NCBI RefSeq assembly: GCF_018350175.1 | Contig: NC_058383.1 | Coordinates: 21,950,001-22,014,000, forward strand | Reading direction: 5' to 3' | Origin: Felis catus | Taxonomy: Eukaryota | Length of the DNA stretch: 64,000 nt | In this document: positions 11,563 through 24,597 of the stretch, in pieces | Layout of the letters: each line of letters starts with the position of its first letter | Position numbering within the stretch: the stretch's first letter is position 1 | Position numbers and translations under genes: made by a program | Notes under the pieces: generated by a model | The model's database searches: none | What the model was told of the DNA's origin: nothing | Seen by the model: the letters and a program-made list of their open reading frames with translations, nothing else

Positions 11563-12559
11563 GGGGTACAGGAGACAGTGGGGGTGGGGGGTTGCTGAGT
11601 GAGCAGTCACACGCTCAGTGAGAGCAGGAGGTATGGAAGTTCTCACTTTTATTGACCGTGAAGTCAGTTGCATCCCTAGTCTTCCCAAGGTTTAGTTACT
11701 TTGGTCAATAAATTCCCCCACTTTGCCTCAGTTCCTTGAAACTAGGTCACTTGCAACAATTTAAAGAACCCTCATAATATATAAGCCTTGGAGGAATTAA
11801 TCAAGGGGGGAGGATTAAGGCATTGGGTAAAACCGGCCTCTTCGAACAGCTTGGGGGGTGGCAGGGGTTGAACTGGAGTAGGGTCTGTTGATGACAAAGG
11901 TGAGAACGTAGTCTCTGCCCCTGGCTCCTTCTGTCAAGTGAAAGCCCTCAGCCCCCAGTTCAACTTGACTGCAAAGGCATTTAGGACTTAGGGGAGAAAT
12001 GAAAATGTATTCTTCTACATCAGAGGAAAAAAAGTGTCTAACAGGTTGTGAATAATTCAGATTTAATTACAAGGAAAATGCCTTCCTTTCCTTTTTTCTT
12101 TTTATTCTGTCCCCTGCCTGATGCTTAGGCAGCAGGTTTAGGAGATATTTTTGTTCTAGAAATTCCACTTGAGAAATAGCTAGCCAAGTCCTCAGCGTTT
12201 CTTCTTGCTGGGTGTGAAGACAGGGGTGTTTGGGATGTGGGTAGGAAGGAGCAGCAGATATGCCTCGGCTCTTCCTACCGGAGGCTGCCAGGCTTGGTAC
12301 CCACTCCGGGGGTCCTACACTAGTGCCTGGGTCCTCTGAGCTTGTGGCTTAGAGACCGGAAGGTACAGATGTGAGACGCGGCCAACCACGCAGATGGGCG
12401 CCATTACAATTTTGTGGTGTTGCGTCTCGGAAGGGGCCTTATCGCCGCTCAGCAATCCTATTACACGCTTACTGCCGTTGATTTCAGACCTCATTACTCA
12501 CCTCCAGCCCTCAATACTCACTCTCCCATCCCCATTCTGCCCTCCTCTCCAGAGGCTGA

Positions 12560-15355
12560 TTTTTTAAAATACAGCTCTATTGAGATATAATTCATATGCC
12601 ATAAAATTCACCCCTTTAAATTATAGAATTCAATGATTTTTTTTATTATATTCACAAAGTTGGACAACCAGGTACCAGTCTCTAATTTTAGAACATTTTT
12701 ATCACTCCAAAAGGAAGCCCCATACCCATCAGTAAGTACTTCCCATTTCCCCCCTCCCCATAGTCTCTGGCAACAACTAATCTGATTTTCTACCTATTAT
12801 CTCAGTAGGATTTGCCCATTCTGGATATTTCATATAAATGAAATTCACACAGTATGTGGTCTTTGTGACCGGCTTCTTTCACTAGAATGATGTTTTCTCA
12901 ATTGATCCATGTTGTAGCATGTATCAATATTTCATTGCTTTTTTTTTTAACGTTGATTTATTATTGAGAGACAGAGAGAGAGCATGAGCATGGGAGGGGC
13001 AGAGAAAGAGAGAGGGAGACACAGAATCTGAAGCAGGATACAGGCTCTGAGCTGTCAGCACAGAGCCCAACGCGGGGCTCGAACCCACAAACCGCGAGAT
13101 CATGACGTTCAACTGACTGAGCCACCCAGGCGTCCCATTTCATTCCTTTTTATGGCTGAATAATATTCCTTTGTATGGACATGTATTTGTTTTTTTCCAT
13201 TCATCAGTTGATAGACATTTGGGTTGTTTCTAGTTTGGGGCTGTTATGAATAATGGTGCTGTACACATTGGTGTACACGTTTTTGTGTGGATATATTTCC
13301 GATTCTTTCAGATGTATCTCAAGAGTACCATTGCTCAGTCACATGGTAACTTTCTGAGTCACCATTGAATAGGTAGGTCACATCGGGACTTTTGAGAAAT
13401 TGCCAGAATGTTTTCCAAAGTGGTTGCACCATTTTACAATCCTACCAACAACGTATAAGGATTCTGATTTCTCCGTACCTTTACTAACGCTTGTGATTAT
13501 TATGTCTTTTATATTTTAGTCCTTCTATCATTGTGCTTTTGATTTACATTTCTCTAACGACTAATCTTTTCCAATCCTAATGTCCTTTGCCCATTTATAA
13601 TTAGGTCATTTGTTTTTCTTTTTATTCTTAAGTTGTAATAGTCCTTTATATAGTCTGGGAATAAGTCCCTTATATTATCTCCAAATATTTTCCCCCCTTG
13701 CATGGGTTATCTTTTTGTGTTTTTGATAGTGTCTTTTGAAGCACAAATTTTTAATTTTGATGATGTCTGATATATATATATATGTATATATATATTTTTA
13801 TATATATATTTTTTCTTATCACTTATACTTCTAGTGTCATATCTAAGAAATCCCTGCCTAACCCAAGGTCTTGAAGATTTAGTCTAGTATTTTCTTCTAC
13901 AAGTTTTATAGTTTTGGCTCTTACATTTAGATCTGATTCATCTTGAGTTTATTTCTGTATTTGTGTGAAGTAGGAGTCCAGCTTCATTCTTTTGCATGTG
14001 GATATCCAGTTGTCCCAACACCATTTGTTGAAAGATTGTTTTTTTCCCAGGTGCCTGGCTGGCTAGGTTGGAGGAGCGTGTGACTCTGAATCTTGGGGTT
14101 GTGAGTTTAGGCCCCACGTTGGAATTAGAGATTACATAAAAATAAAATCTTAAAAAAAAAGTCCATGGGGACGTCTGGGTGGCTCAGTCGGTTAATCGTC
14201 CAACTCTTGGTTTCGGCTCAGGTCGTGATCTTGTGGTTCGTGGGTTTGAGCCCTGTGTGGTCTGCTTGGGATTCTCTCTCTCCCTCTCTCTCTGACCCTC
14301 CCCTGCTCACACTCTTTCTCTTTCAAAATAAATAAATAAACTTTTAAGTTTAAGTCTAATCTTTCCCATTTGAGTTGTCCTGGCATTGGTGTTGAAAATC
14401 AATTGACTATAAATGTAAGGGCTTATCTTTAGCATCCAAATTTGATTCCATTAATCTATAGGTTTACCCTCTTGCTAGAATCACACAGTCTTTATAGTGT
14501 AATTTTGAAGTGTGTTTGGAAATCAAGAGGTGTGTCTTCCAACTTTGTTCTTCTTTTTCAAGACTATTCTAGCTATTCTGAGTTTCTTGAATTCTATATG
14601 AATTTTAGGGTCAGCCTGTCAATTTTGCAAAAAGGTTGCTGGGATTTTGATAGGGATTGTGCTGAATCTGTAGATCAGTTTGGGAATTATTGTCATGTTA
14701 GTAATATTAAGTCTTCTGATCCATGAATTGGGATGTCTTTTCATTTCTTCAGGTCTTCCTTAATTCTTTTTTTTTTTAATTTTTAAAAAATGTTTATTTT
14801 TGAGAGAGAGAGAGAAAGTGCGCAAGCAAGAGAGGGGCAGAGAGAGAGGGAGAGAGGGAGACACGGAATCCAAAGCAGACTCCAGGCTCTGAGCTGTCAG
14901 CACAGAGCCCGATGCAGGGCTCAAACCCATGAACCATGAGATTATGACCTGAGCTGAAGTCGGCCGCTTAACTGACTGAGCCACCCATGCATCCCATGTC
15001 TTCCTTAATTCTTTCAACAATGTTCTTCAGTAATCAGTGTACAAATCTTGCACTTCTTTCATTGAACTTGTTCTCAAGTATTTTATTCTTTTTGGTGCTC
15101 TTGTAACACTAATGGTTTTCTTAATTTCATTTTTGGATTGTTCACTGCTGCTGTATAGAAATAGAATTGATTTTTTAATAATTGATTTTTATATGTTACT
15201 GTTGTTGTATTTGTTCATTAGTTCTAATAGTTGTTGCATATCCCTAAGAATATTCTATATATGAGATCATGTCATCTAGAAATAGAGATAGATTCACTTC
15301 TTCCTTTCCAGTCTGGCTACCTTTTATTTCTTTTTCTTATCTAATTGCCCTAGCA
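12560..15355 (-). mobile_element. L1 (L1MB-like) 3' fragment of about 2.8 kb interrupted by SINEs (12938-13136 -, 14048-14160 +, 14167-14345 +, 14765-14995 -)
   Basis: ctattgagatataattcatatgccataaaattcacc 3' end; ttcattcttttgcatgtggatatccagttgtcccaacaccatttgttgaa and gggattttgatagggattgtgctgaatctgtagatc are antisense ORF2 hallmarks. Confidence 0.9.
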
Positions 15356-15552
15356 AAAGAGTTTTGAAATGGCTTAATGTAGTTGTCCTAAGGTATATCC
15401 TGGGCTTTGGATTCAGTCAGATCTGGCTATGATTTCTGGCTCTACCCGTCCACTCATTGTGTGATTGTAGGCTGGTATCTGGACTCCTTTGAACTTTGAT
15501 ATTTCACCTGTAAAACCCAACTCGTAGGGTTTTAACAAATGTATTTTATTTT

Positions 15553-15596
15553 ATCATTTCATTTCATTTCATTTCATTTCATTTCATTTCATTTCA
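15553..15596. repeat. (TTTCA)n pentanucleotide repeat in the tail of a truncated SINE
   Basis: Repeated atttc units followed by SINE sequence ggctccatgcccaatgtggggcttgaactc. Confidence 0.9.
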
Positions 15597-16542
15597 GGCT
15601 CCATGCCCAATGTGGGGCTTGAACTCACAACTTTGAGGCCAAGAGTTGTGCGCTCTACTGAGGGATAACGATTTTAAGTGAGCATTTTCATCTTTCTGGA
15701 AATTTTTAGGATTTTCTCTTTATTCTTGATGTTTCTACCATCACGTATCTGAGTGTGGACTTCTTTGACTCTTCTTCCTCACCAGTGCTCTTATCTGGTA
15801 AGCTGCTCACTGTTACCACAAGGGCTCCTAGAGTTGTTTTATCTCCCCAGTTAATCACCTTGGCAAGTACTCCTGGGCCCACCTTTCCTTCTTCTATCCA
15901 CGTGCAGCTCAGAGTCCCTGTCCCCACATTTCCGCCTTCTCTGGACATTCTCTTGCAGATTTTGGGGATGGTTTCCTCCCGTTTTGCTTACCCTTATTGC
16001 TGTCTGCCTCCCTGCTTTCAGCTTGATTTAAAATTTCTGACCATCTGATGACACTTGCCTGTTTTCCCATGCTGATATAGATTTTCTTCATGGGATTTGA
16101 GGGGAACACAGATATAGGTGCTTATACTCAGCTTCTCATGTGAACCAATCTCCAAGGGAACTTTCGAACACACTACTTACGTATTGAGTACAGGGCATGG
16201 AATTGGTTCACCGTAGGTACTCAGCAAGTTATTTTCAGATCAAATCAAGGGACAGGTGGATGGTAGAGAACGTTCCGGACACCGTAAAGCCCATTAGCCT
16301 CTCAGTCCTGACCACCATAATATAATGTTTAGGAGATGTATTGTGGAAAAAAATGGACTAGTTAGGGGACTCTCAACATTATCTCTCTGGCCCTCACTTT
16401 CCAACTCTTGAAATGGGGCTGGTAATAATTCTCACCTGGTGGGATTGCCATAAAGATAAATTCAACAACGCACAGAAGGTGCTTAGAATGTTACTCATGG
16501 CATATTAATCAATAAGGATTATATATATTTTTAATAGTGACA

Positions 16543-16674
16543 GGGCATCTGGGTGGCTCAGTCAGTTGAGCATCTGACTCTTGATTTTGGCTCAGGTCGT
16601 GATCTTGTGGTTCATGAGTTTGAGCCCGCTTGGGATTCTCTCTCTCCCCCTCTCTCTGCCCCTCCCCTGCTTGT

Positions 16675-16727
<53 letters not shown>

Positions 16728-16765
16728 ATAAATAGATAAACTTAAAAACAATAATTTAAAAAAAA
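16543..16765 (+). mobile_element. Carnivore SINE with expanded (CT)n
   Basis: SINE head, an internal deletion and about 23 CT units at 16678-16724. Confidence 0.9.
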
Positions 16766-18158
16766 TCAGGCAACAGTGAACATGTCAGATTCAAAACTAT
16801 TCAAAAGTCATGTGATCTGTGTTACTTGAAGCCAATCTAACCTTACCAGCAGCCCTCCCTCCTCCAAGTCTATTTCCCCATTCACCTGCACCTTCCTCCA
16901 CTTCGCCCCCACCCCTCCACATCGCATTCGTGTGCCTGCTCTCCCGGCCAAGCAACCCAGAAGCTTGCCGCATTGTCTTCCCTTTAATGGGCCTTAATAA
17001 AAACCCTTAACCAAGGCTGTCATTGCTGTCAGCAGGGGGTGAGTAAGCAATTAGCATTCCTTACTTAATGGGCCAGTATTTCTCTTGGGGTGTCAGTACC
17101 GATTAGGAGAAGGAACTAAAGTTTTCATCTTGTTCCCTGATGGACAGAGTACAATATGTGGCAAGACCCCTTTTCTTCAGGGTACCACACAGGTGAATTT
17201 GAGAACAGCTCTACCTGTGGTGGCCCTGGAGCGGAGACATAGAGGTCATCGTCTTACAAGTCACGCTTTAGAAGTACAAATGCTCCTTATGCTCTGACAG
17301 TGGCCATATGGATCTAGCTGGGCGAGGTTGGAAGGCACAAAGCTATGAATCTAGAGAAAGAGATTGATAAAAAAGAGCATAAAGGATGCATTTCTGGATT
17401 TCTGGCGATTAAGAAAGCATCACATACCAAGAGATGCCTAGAAGAAATGTAGAGAATGTATTTCTGGGTAGATAAAAGAAAGCTCTCGTTTATTTGCAAC
17501 TATTTATTGAGCAGGGGTTATAGCTGGAAACCAAACAGACCCAAATCTCTTCCCTCATGTCTCTTACATTCCAGTTGGAGGGTACTGGAGGACCAAGGGG
17601 CCAAAGGAAAAAGAAAGTTTAGATGATGGTGGTTAACATTTCAAGATTAGCGATGAACATGAGTAGGTTCTTCAAGGTAGATCTGTAGGGGCAAATGAAA
17701 GACCGCAGATCCCTGATCTTGGCTAGCAAGAGGAGGGGAGAAATTCCAAGAGGTCAAGGAGCTTGTGAGGAGAGGCTGAGAGCTTCTGGGGAGGGCTGGG
17801 GAGGGCTGACAGAGAGCAAGGGGACCTATGACCTAGTTTGGTGGCTGGATGTGGGTTCTTGAGGGAGACACGGTAAAGGGTTGGTTGGTTGCCGTGGTGT
17901 GAACTCACTAGCAAGCTTGCGTTGCTAGGTGCTGGTGGCTAGAGGAATCCAGGGTTTGGGGACCAAGGAAGACAGAATAGTGTACTGGTAATAGGCCTGA
18001 GATCCAGCAGAACTGGGTTTGAGTTGCGGTCTGCCGCCTGCTGTGTGTGTGACCTTGGGAAGTTTTGTAGTTTCTCTGTTGATGAGGACTTCAGTTTCTT
18101 CATCTTTAAAATGGGAACAATGTTGTAGCTTAGTTGTATGCATTTAGCAGGCTAATGA

Positions 18159-18167
18159 GTGTGTGTA

Positions 18168-18240
<73 letters not shown>
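18159..18240. repeat. Compound (TG)n(TA)n microsatellite
   Basis: Directly visible. Confidence 0.95.
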
Positions 18241-18242
<2 letters not shown>

Positions 18243-19754
18243 GACATTATTATCCTGTTTGCAAAATTGTCTCTGCACGGGCTGATTCACAGCCGCCTCT
18301 GGAGGGAGACTGGGTGGAAACATGCCTCTTTCTCAGACCTGTCAAGGCTATCATCCCAGGGGGTGAGCCGCTCAGACGCCCAGGGTTGCTTGGGGTCCAC
18401 TCCAGCTGGGCAGGGGCTCCTGGCTGCCTCTGTGTCCTTGCACTTAGAGGCCTCTTTTCACTTTGTTTTTAAATATTTCCCGAAGCTCTAATTGCTACAC
18501 TTCCTCAAATGTTTTTAATACAGGCAATCAGCGAGTACTGCAATTAGGAGGGCCTAATTACCATCGGCTTTCTTTCTCTTCTCTCAGAAACCACCATTGG
18601 AACAGTCACAAATAAACCTTAATGAAGACCAAAGATCTTTCTCCAGTCGAAAGGCGTTTGTAATCATGATCTGTTATTGTCCAAGCCAGCAGGCAGAGGG
18701 GGCTTTGCAGGGGCTCTTACACATTCAGCAGCAGGAGGTGCAGGGAGAGGTGTGGCTGGGGTCTGGGAGGAGGTGAGCAGGCAGGCTTAGGGCTGGGGGT
18801 CTGTGATCCATGCAGGCGTCCCAGGGGGCTTGCATTCAGTCTCCCTAGGGTTGTGCTTTAATTTATGTATTTGGCTGGTAGAGTCTCTTAAGTCACCCTT
18901 CTAAACACTTCTTGAGATGCAGCACATGAATGGGAAAGTGTATGCATCTTAAGATTTGTGAGCCTTTAAATGTGTACGTAGATCCCAAATAACCACCATT
19001 CAGATCAAGACTTAGCACGGGGGATTGAGCAAAGGCACTCCCTGGAAGTGGGGACACAGGTGAACACGTCAGATAGCGTGGGAAAGCCTGGAAGCCAGTC
19101 ACGTCCAGCTGGAGGAGCAAGACCACTGAGGGGCTGGTGCAGAAACCATGGAAGGCCGTAGGCCCATCGGAGCTGCCGTCTCTGTGATTTCACACCGAAG
19201 CATCTGATGGTGGATCAGGTCCCTGTGCATCAGCAAAGACGGAGCTCAGGCTGGACGTGGCGTGAGGATTGCAGGGCTGGGGTGAGCCGGAGCCTGGTAG
19301 CTCGTCAACGTCTGCCTCTCACCACCTGGAACCTTCGATGGTACCGTGTCCCTTCTTCCCTCCTCCTCCGCCCACCACCTACAGCTTCGCTTCACCAGTT
19401 CGGACCTGGAACCACGCAGGGAAGGTGGTTGTGGGATGCATGGCCCCCAGTCTAACCAGGCTGACGGTAGAACAATCCAGCACAATGGAAAAATGTCCGT
19501 GTCCACCAGCTGTGGCTCGTGGGGTCGTGTCCTCCAGCCCCAAGATGTAGGGCCCTTGAGAGAGTCTGTGTTCCAGCCGCAGGACGCCTAGAGCAGGGTC
19601 CTTCCCAGAGCTGGTGCGAGGTGGAGGTCTCTGGCTGGATCTCACTCTGTGTCCATCTCTCTCCAAGCTAACAGAACTGGGTCGAACTCTCAGCCGGTGA
19701 CCTTGGCCACCGCACTGTTAGCACGGCATTCACGGGGGTGGGGTGGGGGGGTGG

Positions 19755-19932
19755 GTGCAGTTCTCAACCTTGGCTGCACAATGGAATCATCCGGGGAGCT
19801 GTACAAAGTGCTGATGCCCACCCCCTAGAGAGGTCGATATGACTGGTCTGCAGTGCGGCCTGGGCGTCAGAATTAAAAAAAAAAAAATCTCCCTAGATGA
19901 TTTGAACGGGCAGCCAAGGTTGGGAACCAGTG
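19755..19932. mobile_element. MER5A-like MITE
   Basis: cagttctcaaccttggctgcaca...gcagccaaggttgggaaccagtg terminal inverted repeats. Confidence 0.8.
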
Positions 19933-20339
19933 CAAGACCTACAGATTGGGAGGCTGGCTCTGCTCTCAGGGGCTTTCTGCTTCCCCTCTGCAGCAGAAAG
20001 GTTAAATGGAACGGAGGCTGACCTCCCTGGGGTAGGTTCCCCCGCCCCCCACCCACCCACCGGGCATACTCCTCTTCTTCCTTCCAAGCTCATTGCTTTT
20101 GGCTCACAGATCAGCTCGTGATAAGATCTGGAACACGGGGGAGCTAGAAGGTCTGCTTAAGCCTCAAGGCCGAGTGTCCTCCTTCCATCCAGCTAATGAG
20201 AGATTCCTACACGTGCCCAAACTCTCCCCATTTCTCCCCATGATGGCGAGGGGAGAGAGGGTCTGCAGGGTCAGAGAGAAGCTACCGGAGCACAGGTCCA
20301 TTCATGCGGGTCAGAATCCTCAAACTGTAAACTCCCCTG

Positions 20340-20590
20340 CTGTACTATATAGTGTGGCAACCAGAGTTAATCCTGTGTTGTAGATCTGAAAGTTGCTAAG
20401 GGAGTAGATCTCAAAAGTTCTCATCACACAGACACAGAAATGGTGACCCTGTGAGGTACGGATGTGTTAATTAACCCTAGGGTGAAGATCATTTCACAAC
20501 ATATACATATATCAAATCGTGAAGTTCTATGCCTTAAGCTTACACAATGTTATGTCGATTCTATTTCAATAAAGTTGGAAAAAAAGAAAA
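20340..20590 (+). mobile_element. L1MA-like 3' end
   Basis: tgaaagttgctaagggagtagatctcaaaagttctcatcac...tatttcaataaagttggaaaaaa. Confidence 0.8.
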
Positions 20591-20774
20591 AGAATACTCA
20601 GACCCTGACTCTTAGATGATCCCCTTGTCTGGGTCCCATCCAAACCCAAGTGAATCAGACTCTCGGGGAAGTGGGTCCTGGCATAGGTATTTTGTATTTC
20701 ATATAATTTTGCTAATTTTATAAACATTTGCATGGAGTTATATTACAGTAGAATATGCAAATCTTAAAAAACTT

Positions 20775-21568
20775 AAAATTTTTTTAAATATTTATTTATT
20801 TTTGAGAGAGACAGAGCGTGAGCAGGAGAGGGGCAGAGAGAGAGGGAGACACAGAATCCGAAGCAGGCTCCAGGCTCTGAGCTGTCAGCACAGAGCCTGA
20901 TGTGGGGTTCGAACTCACAAACCTTGAGATCATGACCTGGGCTTAAGTCAGACGCTCAACCAACTGAGCCACCCAGGTGCCCCAAAAACCTTTTTTTTAA
21001 ACATTTATTTATTTTTGAGAGACAGAGAGAGACAGAGCACGAGTAGGGGAAGTGTAGAGAGAGAGAGAGGGAGTCACAGAATCCGAAGCAGGCTCCAGGC
21101 TCTGAGCTGTCAGCACAGAGCCCGACTCAGGGCTCAAACCCACGAACTGTGAGATTATGACCTGAGCCAAAGTCGGTCACTTAATTGAATGAGCCACCCA
21201 GTTGCCCCTAGAATACACAAATCTTAAAGTTTACTTACTTATTATGAGAGAGAGAGAGAAGCAGAGAGAGAGAGGGAGAGAGAGAACCCCAAGCAGGTTC
21301 CATGTTGTCAGCACAGAGCTTGATGGGCTCGATCTCACAAACCCTGAAATGATGGCTTGAGTGGAGACGTCAAGGGTTGGACGCTTAACCAACTGAGCCA
21401 CCCAGACATGCCGCAGTTGAAGTTTTTTCGTTTTGTTTTTTTTTTTTAAAGAAGGCTTTATGTCCAGCAGGGAGCCCAACATGGGGCTTGATCTCATGAC
21501 CCTGAAATCAAGACCTGAGCTGAGATCAAGAGTCATATGCTTAATCGACTGAGCCCCCCAGGTGCCCC
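20775..21568 (-). mobile_element. Four head-to-tail SINEs (about 20775-20983, 20991-21208, 21225-21412, 21420-21568)
   Basis: Four reverse-oriented heads (…cccaggtgcccc, …cccagttgcccc, …cccagacatgcc, …cccaggtgcccc), each with a T-rich tail. Confidence 0.9.
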
Positions 21569-21581
21569 TTATAGTAGAATA

Positions 21582-22275
21582 CGATGAGGGAGCATGGGGT
21601 GGGATGAGGACAAAATACAGGTTAGTTCTGCCCCCCCCCCCAACTCCCCAACCAGGTGGGATATGTGTGATATTCCCCAGGCAGTCCTGGCTGCCCAAGG
21701 ACAAAGACAAGGAAAGAAAACAAATGACCAACTCATAGAAATCACAGTGATACAGGACATGGGTCTCCATCAGTTTACAAATATCTAAGTAAATAAAAAA
21801 AAAAAAAAGGCAATCTTATCAATAGCCTAATCTCCAGAAACCTGTAGGCTCAGTTTCCTGGAGCCCCAATATCACCCCTCCAAAATGTTATGGGGAACAA
21901 AGGCAGGAAGGAAATGGCAGGGAAAATTAACTTTCCTTATAACCTGCAGCCCATTGACAAATACTTAAGGCAAATACAGGGTATAACATTTCTCCTGGAA
22001 CTGATGTGTAACATTTAACTAAGGTTAACGCCTTAGTGAAGGGAAAACAGCCTTAGCTTGACAATAGCAAGGCCTGGGGTATCTTAGGAGTCCTGTTTAG
22101 CATATCAAAGTCCCTCTGGAGGCCTCCCTTTGATTTTACCTCCCCAACTTCATAGTATATAATGAGGCCCTTTTTGCCCTTGGGTCCTGTCCCCGTGCTT
22201 TAATAAAATCACCGTTTTGCACCAAAGAATTCTTTCCTGGCCGTCGGCTCCCCCCATCACCCCAAAACCTCATCA
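21582..22275 (+). mobile_element. Solo endogenous-retrovirus LTR (694 bp)
   Basis: Inverted termini (c/t)gatgagg...cctcatca. TSD gaata at 21577-21581 and 22276-22280. TATATAA at 22156-22162 and AATAAA at 22202-22207. Confidence 0.85.
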
Positions 22276-22280
22276 GAATA

Positions 22281-22860
22281 CACAGATCTTAAGTGTATAG
22301 CTCAATTAATTTTTACAGAAATATATACCCATGTACCACCACCCCAATAAAGCTATAGAACTTCAGGCACCAATCCCCCAACTCCTTGTATGCCTCTCCC
22401 AGGAGGTAACTGCCCCTCCCCTCACAAGATACCACTATTCTGACTTCTATCACCTCGTTTAGTTTTGCTTGCGCTTGAACTTCATCTAAATGGCACCATG
22501 CAGTACACAGTCTTTTAGATCTAGCGACTTTCTCTCAATGTCTGTGAAATTCATCTACCTTGCAGGGGGCAGCAGTAATTCATTCCATCGACTGAACATG
22601 CCCCAGTGTATCGATCCATTCTATTTATGATAGAAATTTGATTGTTTTCCATCTCTGGCTATCCTAACAAAAGCCCCGTGGTCACTTTTGTACGTATCTT
22701 TGGGTGTAACTCATGTTTTGGGTGCACATGTTTTTCTTGGGCATATAATTGGAAGGGGAACTGCCGGGACATAGGTTTAGTGTATGTTTAGTATTTACAG
22801 ACAGGAAATAGTTTTTTTTCTTTTTTTTGTTTTGTTTTGCCTTTTTGAACTTCCTAAGGT
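22281..22860 (-). mobile_element. Old L1 (L1ME/MD-like) 3' fragment
   Basis: atcttaagtgtatagctcaattaatttttac...accactattctgacttctatcacc...cttgaacttcatctaaatgg. Confidence 0.75.
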
Positions 22861-22993
22861 GGTTCTAATGTTGAGTCCAAGTTGAGAATAAGGAATCTGG
22901 AAGGTCAGGAGAGGCACTTTCAGTAAATGCATCGTATGAGAAAGGGGTTGCTGTGTCTTTAGCATAATAAGGCCAGGTTTATTATTTCTCAAG

Positions 22994-23418
22994 TGTTAAA
23001 CAAAATTCAACAGAGTAAATGTGAAGATCGAATTGGCTTTATTAAGTGACTGATTCATGACTCAGGCAGCGTCCCATCCAGCAAGTAGAGGGGAGCTCCG
23101 ATGAGTTGTTCAAAATGGAAAATTTTTATAAGTAGAAGGGAGGGATGGGGAGTTATTAGCAAAAGAAAAGAGAAGATTGTTTTGGGCAAGGTCACCTTCC
23201 CTTAGGGGAAGTGCAGGGGGCAGGTGGATTACCTCATCTTCCCGTGGAGGACGGAGAGCCCATGTGACAGATTACCTCACTGGGACTGATCAGAAAATCC
23301 CAGGTTGATTGGCTCAAAATTCTGGAGAGAGGATAAACCTGCAATTAAGTCCTGGTTTGCTGTCCTGGGGGCAAGTGACCCCACTTTGGCCCCGTAGCTT
23401 TTTTTTTTTTTTTTAACG
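22994..23418 (-). mobile_element. ERV1 solo LTR (MER67-like)
   Basis: tgttaaacaaaattcaacagagtaaat...aattggctttatt...tttttaac(g), with inverted tgttaa/ttaac termini. Confidence 0.6.
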
Positions 23419-24597
23419 CCCTCAATCCTGTCCCGATTTTCTCCCACTCTGAAGCCTGCCTATGTCCCGAGACGTCCTTCCTTAAAATCTGCCCTCCTTG
23501 TCCAGCCTATAACCAAGCCCCAGCCACCCAAGCTGCCCATCCTGGTGGTCGCTGTCCTCGGCACTCTGGCCAGTGAGGAAGGATGAGCTCTGATCTCGTT
23601 TCCTCCTGGTTTCCCAACATGGAGAGAAGGAAGGGTCCTGGCCCCATGGATGAGGGGTACAAGGACAGAGGGGGATACTTTCCAATTCAGCTCTAGCTTT
23701 CTTTCCTCCTAAGGCAGCCGGAATCAGACACTACTTGCTTCCCTGAGGATTGACTTCCTAATCAACTCGGTAGACCTCCAAAGGCTACACAGGGAAAGCC
23801 TGCCAAAATAGGAGAGAGGTGTGGCTCAAGCCTGTTCTGAGTTATTTCGGAGGAACGTAAGATTTATTACTGTACTGATTCCCGGCCGATGACGTGAAAT
23901 ATTTAAAACCTAATACAGTTGAGGCTAACATAATTATTGAGGAATGTGAAAGTGTTAACGTTCCCAGAACTGATGTTACCCGGGCCTAATATTATTCAGG
24001 AGGAAGCTTACTATTCAAACAGAATTGGAATGAACTGGACTGCTTTCACCATCTTCCTTTGTGTTCAAAGAGGACATTATCTTCTCAAGGGGGGAATGGC
24101 TGCCATTTGCATAATGTCATTCCCTGTGAATCCCCCTCCACTGGGGCGGTGATATGAACACATTGACCGTAGGGTGCCAGAGACTGGATGGTGGGGGGTA
24201 GGAGGGAGGGACAAGCCGGCTCCCCGGGCTCCCTGCTGAATGGGAATGTCTCATTACCTGATGGGAGAGGGTGGGTTTGAAGAAAACAGAGGCCAGATTG
24301 GAGTTTTAGGAGTTCTCTTTCCATCTCAGGAAGTAGGGATTGCTTGTTTCCTTGTGGTTAATAAAATCCACTAAGTTTCTGCAACTCAGCTGTTCTGCCT
24401 GCTCTAAATTGTCCTGAGACCTTAAGGGGCAGGGATACTGGGGCTGACGATGGATAGGACTTTGTAATACTAAATGTTTTCCTTTCTCAACCACTGGCTA
24501 TGAGCTGGTCGTGTTAAGTGCCACACAAGCATTCCCTTGTTAATAAACAAACACCGCGCCCAGTGAGGCGGATTCTACTGTTAACCCCATTTTGGAA

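Noticed and set aside
15700..16110. ORFs of 66-97 aa
   Set aside because: The sequence resembles a decayed antisense old L1 fragment; no coding signal.
21231..21770. 179-aa ORF
   Set aside because: Composed of LTR plus two SINEs.
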